From contig CAXHJY010000096.1 of assembly GCA_964016885.1 (NCBI GenBank), positions 2,418,001-2,482,000 on the forward strand: 64,000 nt of DNA, in the 5' to 3' direction. The translations under genes and the position numbers were made by a program. This DNA is from Eledone cirrhosa (lineage: Eukaryota). Below, in pieces: positions 27,139 to 41,721 of this stretch; position 1 is the stretch's first letter; each line of letters opens with the position of its first letter. Under the pieces are notes generated by a model that saw nothing but the letters and a program-made list of their open reading frames with translations, did no database searches and was not told the DNA's origin.

Positions 27139-30100
27139 AGGGGAGATAATTTCCAGCCGTCCAAGGGGAGGTAATATCTAGCCGTCCAAGGGTAGATAAT
27201 TTCCAGCCGTCCAACGGGAGATAATTTCCAGCCGTCCAAGGGTAGATAATATCCAGCCGCCCAAGGACATATTTTCCAGCCGTCCAAGGAGAGGTAATTT
27301 CTAGCCGTCCAAGGGGAGATAATTTCCAGCCGTCCAAGGGTAGATAATATCCAGCCGTCCAAGGACATATTTTCCAGCCGTCCAAGGAGAGGTAATTTCT
27401 AGCCGTCCAAGGGGAGATAAATTCCAGCCTCCAAGGGGAGATAATTTCCAGCCAGCCAAGGGGAGATAATTTGTAAAAAAATCAGGGGGAGATAATTTGT
27501 AAAAAAAATCAGGGGGAGATAATTTGTAAAAAAAAATCAGGGGGAGATAATTTGTAAAAAAAAATCAGGGGGAGATAATTTGCAAAAAAAATCAGGGGGA
27601 GATAATTTGTAAAAAAAAATCAGGGGTAGATAATTTGTAAAAAAAAATCAGGGGGAGATAATTTGTAAAAAAAATCAAGGGGAGATAATTTCCAGCCGTC
27701 CAAGGAGAGATAATTTCCAGCCGTCCAAGGAGAGATAATTTAAAAAAAAATCAGGCGGAGATAATTTGTAAAAAAAAATCAGGGGGAGATAATTTGTAAA
27801 AAAAATCAGGGGGAGATAATTTGTAAAAAAAAATCAGGGGTAGATAATTTGTAAAAAAAAATCAGGGGGAGATAATTTGTAAAAAAAAATCAGGAGGAGA
27901 TAATTTGTAAAAAAAATCAAGGGGAGATAATTTCCAGCCGTCCAAGGAGAGATAATTTAAAAAAAAATCAGGCGGAGATAATTTGTAAAAAAAAATCAGG
28001 GGGAGATAATTTGTAAAAAAAAATCAGGGGGAGATAATTTGTAAAAAAAATCAAGGGGAGATAATTTTCAGCCGTCCAAGGGGAGATAATTTCCCGCCAG
28101 CCAAGGGAAGATAATATTCAAAAAAATCAGGCGGAGATAATTTGTAAAAAAAATCAGGGGGAGATAATTTGTAAAAAAATCAGGGGGAGATAATTTGTAA
28201 AAAAAAAAAATCAGGGACAGATAATTTTTAAAAAAAATCAGGGGGAGATAATTTGTAAAAAAAAATCAGGGGTAGATAATTTGTAAAAAAAAATCAGGGG
28301 GAGATAATTTGTAAAAAAAAATCAGGGGGAGATAATTTGTAAAAAAAATGAAAGGGGAGATAATTTCCATCCTTCCAAGGGGATATAATTTCCAGCCGTC
28401 CAAGGGGAGATAATTTTCAGCCGTCCAAGGAGAGGTAATTTCTAGCCGTCCAAGGAGAGATAATTTCCAGCCGTCCAAGGGGAGATAATTTCCAGCCGTC
28501 CAAGGGGAGATAATTTCCAGCCGTCCAAGGAGACATATTTTCCAGCCGTCCAAGGAGAGGTAATTCTTAGCCGTCCAAGGGGAGATAAATTCCAGCCTCC
28601 AAGGGGAGATAATTTCCAGCCAGCCAAGGGGAGATAATTTGTAAAAAAAATCAGGGGGAGATAATTTGTAAAAAAAATCAGGGGGAGATAATTTGTAAAA
28701 AAAAATCAGGGGGAGATAATTTGTAAAAAATAATCAGGGGGAGATAATTTGTAAAAAAAATCAAGGGGAGATAATTTCCAGCCGTCCAAGGGGAGATAAT
28801 TTTCAGCCGTCCAAGGGGAGATAATTTCCCGCCAGCCAAGGGAAGATAATATTTAAAAAAATTAGGCGGAGATAATTTGTAAAAAAATCAGGGGGAGATA
28901 ATTTGTAAAAAAATCAGGGGGAGATAATTTGTAAAAAAAATCAGGGGGAGATAATTTGTAAAAAAAATCAGGGGGAGATAATTTGTAAAAAAAAATCAGG
29001 GGGAGATAATTTGTAAAAAAAATCAAGGGGAGATAATTTCCAGCCGTCCAAGGGAAGATAATTTCCAGCCCTCCAAGGGGCTATAATTTCCAGCGTCCAA
29101 GGGGAGATAATTTCCAGCCAGCGAAGGGGAGATAATTTTTTTAAAAAAATCATTGGGAGATTTGTAAAAAAAATCAGGGGGAGATAATTTGTAAAAAAAA
29201 TCAAGGGGAGATAATTTCCAGCCGTCCAAGGGGAGGTAATATCTAGCCGTCCAAGGGGAGATAATTTCCAGCCGTCCAAGGGGAGATAATTTCCAGCCGT
29301 CCAAGGGTAGATAATATCCAGCCGTCCAAGGACATATTTTCCAGCCGTCCAAGGAGAGGTAATTTCTAGCCGTCCAAGGGGAGATAAATTCCAGCCTCCA
29401 AGGTGAGATAATTTCCAGCCAGCCAAGGGGAGATAATTTGTAAAAAAATCAGGGGGAGATAATTTGTAAAAAAAATCAGGGGGAGATAATTTGTAAAAAA
29501 AAATCAGGGGGAGATAATTTGTAAAAAAAAATCAGGGGGAGATAATTTGTAAAAAAAAATCAGGGGGAGATAATTTGTAAAAAAATCAAGGGGAGATAAT
29601 TTCCAGCCGTCCAAGGGGAGATAATTTTCAGCCGTCCAAGGGGAGATAATTTCCCGCCAGCCAAGGGAAGATAATATTTGAAAAAATCAGGCGGAGATAA
29701 TTTGTAAAAAAAATCAGGGGGAGATAATTTGTAAAAAAATCAGGGGGAGATAATTTGTAAAAAAAAAATCATGGGGAGATAATTTGTAAAAAAAATCAGG
29801 GGGAGATAATTTGTAAAAAAAAATCAGGGGTAGATAAATTGTAAAAAAAATCAGGGGGAGATAATTTGTAAAAAAAATCAGGGGGAGATAATTTGTAAAA
29901 AAAATGAAAGGGGAGATAATATCCAGCCGTCCAAGGGGAGATAATTTCCAGCCGTCCAAGGGGAGATAATTTCCAGCCGTCCAAGGGGAGATAATTTCCA
30001 TCCTTCCAAGGGGATATAATTTCCAGCCGTCCAAGGGGAGATAATTTCCCGCCAGCCAAGGGAAGATAATTTTTAAAAAAATCAGGCGGAGATTGTAAAA

Positions 30101-30215
30101 AAAATCAGGGGGGAGATAATTTGTAAAAAAATCAGGGGGAGATAATTTGTAAAAAAAAATCAGGGGGAGATAATTTGTAAAAAATAATCAGGGGGAGATA
30201 ATTTGTAAAAAAAAA

Positions 30216-31559
30216 TCAAGGGGAGATAATTTCCAGCCGTCCAAGGGGAGGTAATATCTAGCCGTCCAAGGGGAGATAATTTCCAGCCGTCCAACGGGAG
30301 ATAATTTCCAGCCGTCCATGGGTAGATAATATCCAGCCGCCCAAGGACATATTTTCCAGCCGTCCAAGGAGAGGTAATTTCTAGCCGTCCAAGGGGAGAT
30401 AATTTCCAGCCGTCCAAGGGTAGATAATATCCAGCCGTCCAAGGACATATTTTCCAGCCGTCCAAGGAGAGGTAATTTCTAGCCGTCCAAGGGGAGATAA
30501 ATTCCAGCCTCCAAGGGGAGATAATTTCCAGCCAGCCAAGGGGAGATAATTTGTAAAAAAATCAGGGGGAGATAATTTGTAAAAAAAAATCAGGGGGAGA
30601 TAATTTGTAAAAAAAAATCAGGGGGAGATAATTTGTAAAAAAAAATCAGGGGGAGATAATTTGCAAAAAAAATCAGGGGGAGATAATTTGTAAAAAAAAA
30701 TCAGGGGTAGATAATTTGTAAAAAAAAATCAGTGGGAGATAATTTGTAAAAAAAAATCAGGGGGAGATAATTTGTAAAAAAAATCAAGGGGAGATAATTT
30801 CCAGCCGTCCAAGGGAAGATAATTTCCAGCCCTCCAAGGGGCTATAATTTCCAGCGTCCAAGGGGAGATAATTTCCAGCCAGCGAAGGGGAGATAATTTT
30901 TTTAAAAAAATCATTGGGAGATTTGTAAAAAAAATCAGGGGGAGATAATTTGTAAAAAAAATCAAGGGGAGATAATTTCCAGCCGTCCAAGGGGAGGTAA
31001 TATCTAGCCGTCCAAGGGGAGATAATTTCCAGCCGTCCAACGGGAGATAATTTCCAGCCGTCCATGGGTAGATAATATCCAGCCGCCCAAGGACATATTT
31101 TCAAGCCGTCCAAGGAGAGGTAATTTCTAGCCGTCCAAGGGGAGATAATTTCCAGCCGTCCAAGGGTAGATAATATCCAGCCGTCCAAGGACATATTTTC
31201 CAGCCGTCCAAGGAGAGGTAATTTCTAGCCGTCCAAGGGGAGATAAATTCCAGCCTCCAAGGGGAGATAATTTCCAGCCAGCCAAGGGGAGATAATTTGT
31301 AAAAAAATCAGGGGGAGATAATTTGTAAAAAAAATCAGGGGGAGATAATTTGTAAAAAAAAATCAGGGGGAGATAATTTGTAAAAAAAAATCAGGGGGAG
31401 ATAATTTGCAAAAAAAATCAGGGGGAGATAATTTGTAAAAAAAAATCAGGGGTAGATAATTTGTAAAAAAAAATCAGGGGGAGATAATTTGTAAAAAAAA
31501 ATCAGGGGGAGATAATTTGTAAAAAAAATCAAGGGGAGATAATTTCCAGCCGTCCAAGG
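30216..31559 (+). repeat. About 600-bp segment repeated at a 746-bp offset (X-Y-X)
   Basis: Private variant CCATGGGTAG at about 30316/31062 and CCAACGGG at about 30291/31037. The two copies are separated by the CATTGGG cassette. Confidence 0.85.
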
Positions 31560-32151
31560 AGAGATAATTTAAAAAAAAATCAGGCGGAGATAATTTGTAA
31601 AAAAAAATCAGGGGGAGATAATTTGTAAAAAAAATCAGGGGGAGATAATTTGTAAAAAAAAATCAGGGGTAGATAATTTGTAAAAAAAAATCAGGGGGAG
31701 ATAATTTGTAAAAAAAAATCAGGGGGAGATAATTTGTAAAAAAAATCAAGGGGAGATAATTTCCAGCCGTCCAAGGAGAGATAATTTAAAAAAAAATCAG
31801 GCGGAGATAATTTGTAAAAAAAAATCAGAGGGAGATAATTTGTAAAAAAAAATCAGGGGGAGATAATTTGTAAAAAAAATCAAGGGGAGATAATTTCCAG
31901 CCGTCCAAGGGGAGATAATTTTCAGCCGTCCAAGGGGAGATAATTTCCCGCCAGCCAAGGGAAGATAATATTCAAAAAAATCAGGCGGAGATAATTTGTA
32001 AAAAAAATCAGGGGGAGATAATTTGTAAAAAAATCAGGGGGAGATAATTTGTAAAAAAAAAAATCAGGGGGAGATAATTTGTAAAAAAAATCAGGGGGAG
32101 ATAATTTGTAAAAAAAAATCAGGGGTAGTTAATTTGTAAAAAAAAATCAGG

Positions 32152-35100
32152 GGGAGATAATTTGTAAAAAAAAATCAGGGGGAGATAATTTGTAAAAAAA
32201 ATGAAAGGGGACATAATATCCAGCCGTCCAAGGGGAGATAATTTCCAGCCGTCCAAGGGGAGATAATTTCCAGCCGTCCAAGGGGAGATAATTTCCATCC
32301 TTCCAAGGGGATATAATTTCCAGCCGTCCAAGGGGAGATAATTTCCATCCTTCCAAGGGGATATAATTTCCAGCCGTCCAAGGGGAGATAATTTTCAGCC
32401 GTCCAAGGAGAGGTAATTTCTAGCCGTCCAAGGAGAGATAATTTCCAGCCGTCCAAGGGGAGATAATTTCCAGCCGTCCAAGGGGAGATAATTTCCAGCC
32501 GTCCAAGGAGACATATTTTCCAGCCGTCCAAGGAGAGGTAATTCCTAGCCGTCCAAGGGGAGATAAATTCCAGCCTCCAAGGGGAGATAATTTCCAGCCA
32601 GCCAAGGGGAGATAATTTGTAAAAAAAATCAGGGGGAGATAATTTGTAAAAAAAATCAGGGGGAGATAATTTGTAAAGAAATCAGGGGGAGATAATTTGT
32701 AAAAAAAATCAGGGGGAGATAATTTGTAAAAAAAATCAGGGGGAGATAATTTGTAAAAAAAAATCAGGGGGAGATAATTTGTAAAAAAAATCAAGGGGAG
32801 ATAATTTCCAGCCGTCCAAGGGAAGATAATTTCCAGCCCTCCAAGGGGCTATAATTTCCAGCGTCCAAGGGGAGATAATTTCCAGCCAGCGAAGGGGAGA
32901 TAATTTTTTTAAAAAAATCATTGGGAGATTTGTAAAAAAATCAGGGGGAGATAATTTGTAAAAAAAATCAAGGGGAGATAATTTCCAGCCGTCCAAGGGG
33001 AGGTAATATCTAGCCGTCCAAGGGGTGATAATTTCCAGCCGTCCAAGGGGAGATAATTTCCAGCCGTCCAAGGGTAGATAATATCCAGCCGTCCAAGGAC
33101 ATATTTTCCAGCCGTCCAAGGAGAGGTAATTTCTAGCCGTCCAAGGGGAGATAAATTCCAGCCTCCAAGGTGAGATAATTTCCAGCCAGCCAAGGGGAGA
33201 TAATTTGTAAAAAAATCAGGGGGAGATAATTTGTAAAAAAAATCAGGGGGAGATAATTTGTAAAAAAAAATCAGGGGGAGATAATTTGTAAAAAAAATCA
33301 AGGGGAGATAATTTCCAGCCGTCCAAGGGGAGATAATTTTCAGCCGTCCAAGGGGAGATAATTTCCCGCCAGCCAAGGGAAGATAATATTTAAAAAAATC
33401 AGGCGGAGATAATTTGTAAAAAAAATCAGGGGGAGATAATTTATAAAAAAATCAGGGGGAGATAATTTGTAAAAAAAAAATCAGGGGGAGATAATTTGTA
33501 AAAAAAATCAGGGGGAGATAATTTGTAAAAAAAAATCAGGGGTAGATAAATTGTAAAAAAAAATCAGGGGGAGATAATTTGTAAAAAAAATCAGGGGGAG
33601 ATAATTTGTAAAAAAAATGAAAGGGGAGATAATATCCAGCCGTCCAAGGGGAGATAATTTCCAGCCGTCCAAGGGGAGATAATTTCCAGCCGTCCAAGGG
33701 GAGATAATTTCCATCCTTCCAAGGGGATATAATTTCCAGCCGTCCAAGGGGAGATAATTTCCCGCCAGCCAAGGGAAGATAATATTTAAAAAAATTAGGC
33801 GGAGATAATTTGTAAAAAAAATCAGGGGGAGATAATTTGTAAAAAATCAGGGGGAGATAATTTGTAAAAAAAATCAGGGGGAGATAATTTGTAAAAAAAA
33901 TCATGGGGAGATAATTTGTAAAAAAAAATCAGGGGTAGATAATTTGTAAAAAAAAATCAGGGGGAGATAATTTGTAAAAAAAAATCAGGGGGAGATAATT
34001 TGTAAAAAAAATCAAGGGGAGATAATTTCCAGCCGTCCAAGGGGAGATAATTTTCAGCCGTCCAAGGAGAGGTAATTTCTAGCCGTCCAAGGGGAGATAA
34101 TTTCCAGCCGTCCAAGGGGAGGTAATTTCCAGCCGTCCAAGGGGAGATAATTTAAAAAAAAAAATCAGGCGGAGATAATTTGTAAAAAAAATCAAGGGGA
34201 GATAATTTGCAGCCGTCCAAGGGGAGATAATTTTCAGTCGTCCAAGGAGAGGTAATTTCTAGCCGTCCAAGGGGAGATAATTGCCAGCCGTCCAAGGGGA
34301 GATAATTTCCAGCCGTCCAAGGGGAGATAATTTTTTTTAAAAAATCAGGCGGAGATAATTTGTAAAAAAATCAGGGGGAGATAATTTGTAAACAAAATCA
34401 GGGGGAGATAATTTGTAAAAAAAAATCAGGGGGAGATAATTTGTAAAAAAAATCATGGAGAGATAATTTCCAGCCGTCCAAGGGGAGATAATTTCCAGCC
34501 GTCCAAGGAGACATATTTTCCAGCCGTCCAAGGCGAGGTAATTTCTAGCCGTCCAAGGGGAGATAAATTCCAGCCTCCAAGGGGAGATAATTTCCAGCCA
34601 GCCAAGTGGAGATAATTTGTAAAAAAATCAGGGGGAGATAATTTGTAAAAAATATCAGGGAGATAATTTGTAAAAAAAAATCAGGGGGAGATAATTTGTA
34701 AAAAAAATCAGGGGGAGATAATTTGTAAAAAAAAATCAGGGGGAGATAATTTGTAAAAAAAATCAAGGGGAGATAATTTCCAGCCGTCCAAGGGGAGATA
34801 ATTTTCAGCCGTCCAAGGGGAGATAATTTCCCGCCAGCCAAGGGAAGATAATATTTAAAAAAATCAGGCGGAGATAATTTGTAAAAAAAATCAGGGGGAG
34901 ATAATTTGTAAAAAAATCAGGGGGAGATAATTTGTAAAAAAAAAATCAGGGGGAGATAATTTGTAAAAAAAATCAGGGGGAGATAATTTGTAAAAAAAAA
35001 TCAGGGGTAGATAATTTGTAAACAAAAATCAGGGGGAGATAATTTGTAAAAAAAAATCAGGGGGAGATAATTTGTAAAAAAAATGAAAGGGGAGATAATA

Positions 35101-38100
35101 TCCAGCCGTCCAAGGGGAGATAATTTCCAGCCGTCCAAGGGGATATAATTTCCAGCCGTCCAAGGGGAGATAATTTCCATCCTTCCAAGGGGATATAATT
35201 TCCAGCCGTCCAAGGGGAGATAATTTCCCGCCAGCCAAGGGAAGATAATTTTTAAAAAAATCAGGCGGAGATTGTAAAAAAAATCAGGGGGGAGATAATT
35301 TGTAAAAAAATCAGGGGGAGATAATTTGTAAAAAATAATCAGGGGGAGATAATTTGTAAAAAAATTCAAGGGGAGATAATTTCCAGCCGTCCAAGGGGAG
35401 ATAATTTCCCGCCAGCCAAGGGAAGATAATATTTAAAAAAATCAGGCGGAGATTGTAAAAAAAATCAGGGGGGAGATAATTTGTAAAAAAATCAGGGGGA
35501 GATAATTTGTAAAAAAAATCAGGGGGAGATAATTTGTAAAAAAATCAGGGGGAGATAATTTGTAAAAAAAATCAGGGGGAGATAATTTGTAAAAAAAATC
35601 ATGGGGAGATAATTTGTAAAAAGAAATCAGGGGTAGATAATTTGTAAAAAAAAATCAGGGGGAGATAATTTGTAAAAAAAAATCAGGGGGAGATAATTTG
35701 TAAAAAAAATCAAGGGGAGATAATATCCAGCCGTCCAAGGAGAGATAATTTTAAAAAAAAATGAGGCGGAGATAATTTGTAAAAAAAAAAATCAGGGGGA
35801 GTTAATTTGTAAAAAAAAATGAGGGGGAGATAATTTGTAAAAAAAATCAAGGGGAGATAATTTCCAGCCGTCCAAGGGGAGATAATTTTCAGCCGTCCAA
35901 GGAGAGGTAATTTCTAGCCGTCCAAGGGGAGATAATTTCCAGCCGTCCAAGGGGAGGTAATTTCCAGCCGTCCAAGGGGAGATAATTTAAAAAAAAAAAT
36001 CAGGCGGAGATAATTTGTAAAAAAAATCAAGGGGAGATAATTTGCAGCCGTCCAAGGGGAGATAATTTTCAGTCGTCCAAGGAGAGGTAATTTCTAGCCG
36101 TCCAAGGGGAGATAATTTCCAGCCGTCCAAGGGGAGATAATTTCCAGCCGTCCAAGGGGAGATAATTTTTTTTAAAAAATCAGGCGGAGATAATTTGTAA
36201 AAAAAATCAGGGGGAGATAATTTATAAACAAAATCAGGGGGAGATAATTTGTAAAAAAAAATCAGGGGGAGATAATTTGTAAAAAAAATTAGGCGTAGAT
36301 AATTTGTAAAAAAAAATCAGGGGGAGATAATTTGTAAAAAAAAATCAGGGGGAGATAATTTGTTTAAAAAATCAAGGGGAGATAATTTGCAGCCGTCCAA
36401 GGGGAGATAATTTTCAGCCGTCCAAGGAGAGGTAATTTCTAGCCGTTCAAGGGGAGATAATTTCCAGCCGTCCAAGGGGAGATAATTTCCAGCCGTCCAA
36501 GGGGAGATAATTTTTTTTTAAAAATCAGGCGGAGATAATTTGTAAAAAAAAATCAGGGGGAGATAATTCGTAAAAAAAAATCAGGGGGAGATAATTTGTA
36601 AAAAAAAATCAGGGGGAGATAATTTGTAAAAAAAATCAAGGGGAGATAATTTCCAGCCGTCCAAGGGGAGGTAATATCTAGCCGTCCAAGGGGAGATAAT
36701 TTCCAGCCGTCCAAGGGGAGATAATTTCCAGCCGTCCAAGGGGAGATAATTTCCAGCCGTCCAAGGAGACATATTTTCCAGCCGTCCAAGGCGAGGTAAT
36801 TTCTAGCCGTCCAAGGGGAGATAAATTCCAGCCTCCAAGGGGAGATAATTTCCAGCCAGCCAAGGGGAGATAATTTGTAAAAAAATCAGGGGGAGATAAT
36901 TTGTAAAAAATATCAGGGAGATAATTTGTAAAAAAAAATCAGGGGGAGATAATTTGTAAAAAAAATGAAAGGGGACATAATATCCAGCCGTCCAAGGGGA
37001 GATAATTTCCAGCCGTCCAAGGGGAGATAATTTCCAGCCGTCCAAGGGGAGATAATTTCCATCCTTCCAAGGGGATATAATTTCCAGCCGTCCAAGGGGA
37101 GATAATTTCCATCCTTCCAAGGGGATATAATTTCCAGCCGTCCAAGGGGAGATAATTTTCAGCCGTCCAAGGAGAGGTAATTTCTAGCCGTCCAAGGAGA
37201 GATAATTTCCAGCCGTCCAAGGGGAGATAATTTCCAGCCGTCCAAGGGGAGATAATTTCCAGCCGTCCAAGGAGACATATTTTCCAGCCGTCCAAGGAGA
37301 GGTAATTCCTAGCCGTCCAAGGGGAGATAAATTCCAGCCTCCAAGGGGAGATAATTTCCAGCCAGCCAAGGGGAGATAATTTGTAAAAAAAATCAGGGGG
37401 AGATAATTTGTAAAAAAAATCAGGGGGAGATAATTTGTAAAGAAATCAGGGGGAGATAATTTGTAAAAAAAATCAGGGGGAGATAATTTGTAAAAAAAAT
37501 CAGGGGGAGATAATTTGTAAAAAAAAATCAGGGGGAGATAATTTGTAAAAAAAATCAAGGGGAGATAATTTCCAGCCGTCCAAGGGAAGATAATTTCCAG
37601 CCCTCCAAGGGGCTATAATTTCCAGCGTCCAAGGGGAGATAATTTCCAGCCAGCGAAGGGGAGATAATTTTTTTAAAAAAATCATTGGGAGATTTGTAAA
37701 AAAATCAGGGGGAGATAATTTGTAAAAAAAATCAAGGGGAGATAATTTCCAGCCGTCCAAGGGGAGGTAATATCTAGCCGTCCAAGGGGTGATAATTTCC
37801 AGCCGTCCAAGGGGAGATAATTTCCAGCCGTCCAAGGGTAGATAATATCCAGCCGTCCAAGGACATATTTTCCAGCCGTCCAAGGAGAGGTAATTTCTAG
37901 CCGTCCAAGGGGAGATAAATTCCAGCCTCCAAGGTGAGATAATTTCCAGCCAGCCAAGGGGAGATAATTTGTAAAAAAATCAGGGGGAGATAATTTGTAA
38001 AAAAAATCAGGGGGAGATAATTTGTAAAAAAAAATCAGGGGGAGATAATTTGTAAAAAAAATCAAGGGGAGATAATTTCCAGCCGTCCAAGGGGAGATAA

Positions 38101-41100
38101 TTTTCAGCCGTCCAAGGGGAGATAATTTCCCGCCAGCCAAGGGAAGATAATATTTAAAAAAATCAGGCGGAGATAATTTGTAAAAAAAATCAGGGGGAGA
38201 TAATTTATAAAAAAATCAGGGGGAGATAATTTGTAAAAAAAAAATCAGGGGGAGATAATTTGTAAAAAAAATCAGGGGGAGATAATTTGTAAAAAAAAAT
38301 CAGGGGTAGATAAATTGTAAAAAAAAATCAGGGGGAGATAATTTGTAAAAAAAATCAGGGGGAGATAATTTGTAAAAAAAATGAAAGGGGAGATAATATC
38401 CAGCCGTCCAAGGGGAGATAATTTCCAGCCGTCCAAGGGGAGATAATTTCCAGCCGTCCAAGGGGAGATAATTTCCATCCTTCCAAGGGGATATAATTTC
38501 CAGCCGTCCAAGGGGAGATAATTTCCCGCCAGCCAAGGGAAGATAATATTTAAAAAAATTAGGCGGAGATAATTTGTAAAAAAAATCAGGGGGAGATAAT
38601 TTGTAAAAAATCAGGGGGAGATAATTTGTAAAAAAAATCAGGGGGAGATAATTTGTAAAAAAAATCATGGGGAGATAATTTGTAAAAAAAAATCAGGGGT
38701 AGATAATTTGTAAAAAAAAATCAGGGGGAGATAATTTGTAAAAAAAAATCAGGGGGAGATAATTTGTAAAAAAAATCAAGGGGAGATAATTTCCAGCCGT
38801 CCAAGGGGAGATAATTTTCAGCCGTCCAAGGAGAGGTAATTTCTAGCCGTCCAAGGGGAGATAATTTCCAGCCGTCCAAGGGGAGGTAATTTCCAGCCGT
38901 CCAAGGGGAGATAATTTAAAAAAAAAAATCAGGCGGAGATAATTTGTAAAAAAAATCAAGGGGAGATAATTTGCAGCCGTCCAAGGGGAGATAATTTTCA
39001 GTCGTCCAAGGAGAGGTAATTTCTAGCCGTCCAAGGGGAGATAATTGCCAGCCGTCCAAGGGGAGATAATTTCCAGCCGTCCAAGGGGAGATAATTTTTT
39101 TTAAAAAATCAGGCGGAGATAATTTGTAAAAAAATCAGGGGGAGATAATTTGTAAACAAAATCAGGGGGAGATAATTTGTAAAAAAAAATCAGGGGGAGA
39201 TAATTTGTAAAAAAAATCATGGAGAGATAATTTCCAGCCGTCCAAGGGGAGATAATTTCCAGCCGTCCAAGGAGACATATTTTCCAGCCGTCCAAGGCGA
39301 GGTAATTTCTAGCCGTCCAAGGGGAGATAAATTCCAGCCTCCAAGGGGAGATAATTTCCAGCCAGCCAAGTGGAGATAATTTGTAAAAAAATCAGGGGGA
39401 GATAATTTGTAAAAAATATCAGGGAGATAATTTGTAAAAAAAAATCAGGGGGAGATAATTTGTAAAAAAAATCAGGGGGAGATAATTTGTAAAAAAAAAT
39501 CAGGGGGAGATAATTTGTAAAAAAAATCAAGGGGAGATAATTTCCAGCCGTCCAAGGGGAGATAATTTTCAGCCGTCCAAGGGGAGATAATTTCCCGCCA
39601 GCCAAGGGAAGATAATATTTAAAAAAATCAGGCGGAGATAATTTGTAAAAAAAATCAGGGGGAGATAATTTGTAAAAAAATCAGGGGGAGATAATTTGTA
39701 AAAAAAAAATCAGGGGGAGATAATTTGTAAAAAAAATCAGGGGGAGATAATTTGTAAAAAAAAATCAGGGGTAGATAATTTGTAAACAAAAATCAGGGGG
39801 AGATAATTTGTAAAAAAAAATCAGGGGGAGATAATTTGTAAAAAAAATGAAAGGGGAGATAATATCCAGCCGTCCAAGGGGAGATAATTTCCAGCCGTCC
39901 AAGGGGATATAATTTCCAGCCGTCCAAGGGGAGATAATTTCCATCCTTCCAAGGGGATATAATTTCCAGCCGTCCAAGGGGAGATAATTTCCCGCCAGCC
40001 AAGGGAAGATAATTTTTAAAAAAATCAGGCGGAGATTGTAAAAAAAATCAGGGGGGAGATAATTTGTAAAAAAATCAGGGGGAGATAATTTGTAAAAAAT
40101 AATCAGGGGGAGATAATTTGTAAAAAAATTCAAGGGGAGATAATTTCCAGCCGTCCAAGGGGAGATAATTTCCCGCCAGCCAAGGGAAGATAATATTTAA
40201 AAAAATCAGGCGGAGATTGTAAAAAAAATCAGGGGGGAGATAATTTGTAAAAAAATCAGGGGGAGATAATTTGTAAAAAAAATCAGGGGGAGATAATTTG
40301 TAAAAAAATCAGGGGGAGATAATTTGTAAAAAAAATCAGGGGGAGATAATTTGTAAAAAAAATCATGGGGAGATAATTTGTAAAAAGAAATCAGGGGTAG
40401 ATAATTTGTAAAAAAAAATCAGGGGGAGATAATTTGTAAAAAAAAATCAGGGGGAGATAATTTGTAAAAAAAATCAAGGGGAGATAATATCCAGCCGTCC
40501 AAGGAGAGATAATTTTAAAAAAAAATGAGGCGGAGATAATTTGTAAAAAAAAAAATCAGGGGGAGTTAATTTGTAAAAAAAAATGAGGGGGAGATAATTT
40601 GTAAAAAAAATCAAGGGGAGATAATTTCCAGCCGTCCAAGGGGAGATAATTTTCAGCCGTCCAAGGAGAGGTAATTTCTAGCCGTCCAAGGGGAGATAAT
40701 TTCCAGCCGTCCAAGGGGAGGTAATTTCCAGCCGTCCAAGGGGAGATAATTTAAAAAAAAAAATCAGGCGGAGATAATTTGTAAAAAAAATCAAGGGGAG
40801 ATAATTTGCAGCCGTCCAAGGGGAGATAATTTTCAGTCGTCCAAGGAGAGGTAATTTCTAGCCGTCCAAGGGGAGATAATTTCCAGCCGTCCAAGGGGAG
40901 ATAATTTCCAGCCGTCCAAGGGGAGATAATTTTTTTTAAAAAATCAGGCGGAGATAATTTGTAAAAAAAATCAGGGGGAGATAATTTATAAACAAAATCA
41001 GGGGGAGATAATTTGTAAAAAAAAATCAGGGGGAGATAATTTGTAAAAAAAATTAGGCGTAGATAATTTGTAAAAAAAAATCAGGGGGAGATAATTTGTA

Positions 41101-41721
41101 AAAAAAAATCAGGGGGAGATAATTTGTTTAAAAAATCAAGGGGAGATAATTTGCAGCCGTCCAAGGGGAGATAATTTTCAGCCGTCCAAGGAGAGGTAAT
41201 TTCTAGCCGTTCAAGGGGAGATAATTTCCAGCCGTCCAAGGGGAGATAATTTCCAGCCGTCCAAGGGGAGATAATTTTTTTTTAAAAATCAGGCGGAGAT
41301 AATTTGTAAAAAAAAATCAGGGGGAGATAATTCGTAAAAAAAAATCAGGGGGAGATAATTTGTAAAAAAAAATCAGGGGGAGATAATTTGTAAAAAAAAT
41401 CAAGGGGAGATAATTTCCAGCCGTCCAAGGGGAGGTAATATCTAGCCGTCCAAGGGGAGATAATTTCCAGCCGTCCAAGGGGAGATAATTTCCAGCCGTC
41501 CAAGGGGAGATAATTTCCAGCCGTCCAAGGAGACATATTTTCCAGCCGTCCAAGGCGAGGTAATTTCTAGCCGTCCAAGGGGAGATAAATTCCAGCCTCC
41601 AAGGGGAGATAATTTCCAGCCAGCCAAGGGGAGATAATTTGTAAAAAAATCAGGGGGAGATAATTTGTAAAAAATATCAGGGAGATAATTTGTAAAAAAA
41701 AATCAGGGGGAGATAATTTGT
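32152..41721 (+). repeat. 4,764-bp tandem higher-order repeat, 2 copies
   Basis: Constant offset of 4764 across all ORFs (32175/36939 through 36553/41317). Private variants occur in both copies: TGAAAGGGGACAT (32202/36966), GTAAAGAAA, AATTTATAAA. Confidence 0.95.

Larger units (their letters stand above)
4300..30240 (+). repeat. About 10.7-kb higher-order repeat, about 2.3 copies (starting near 4.3 kb, 15.0 kb and 27.0 kb)
   Basis: Offsets are 10,689 (5569/16258, 6452/17141), 10,660 (8909/19569, 10104/20764) and 10,842 (11638/22480, 14088/24930). Shared rare variants include GTCGAAGG (about 9756/20416), GAGATCATTTG (about 10594/21254) and TTTTCAAAATCATT (about 11191/21851). Confidence 0.88.
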
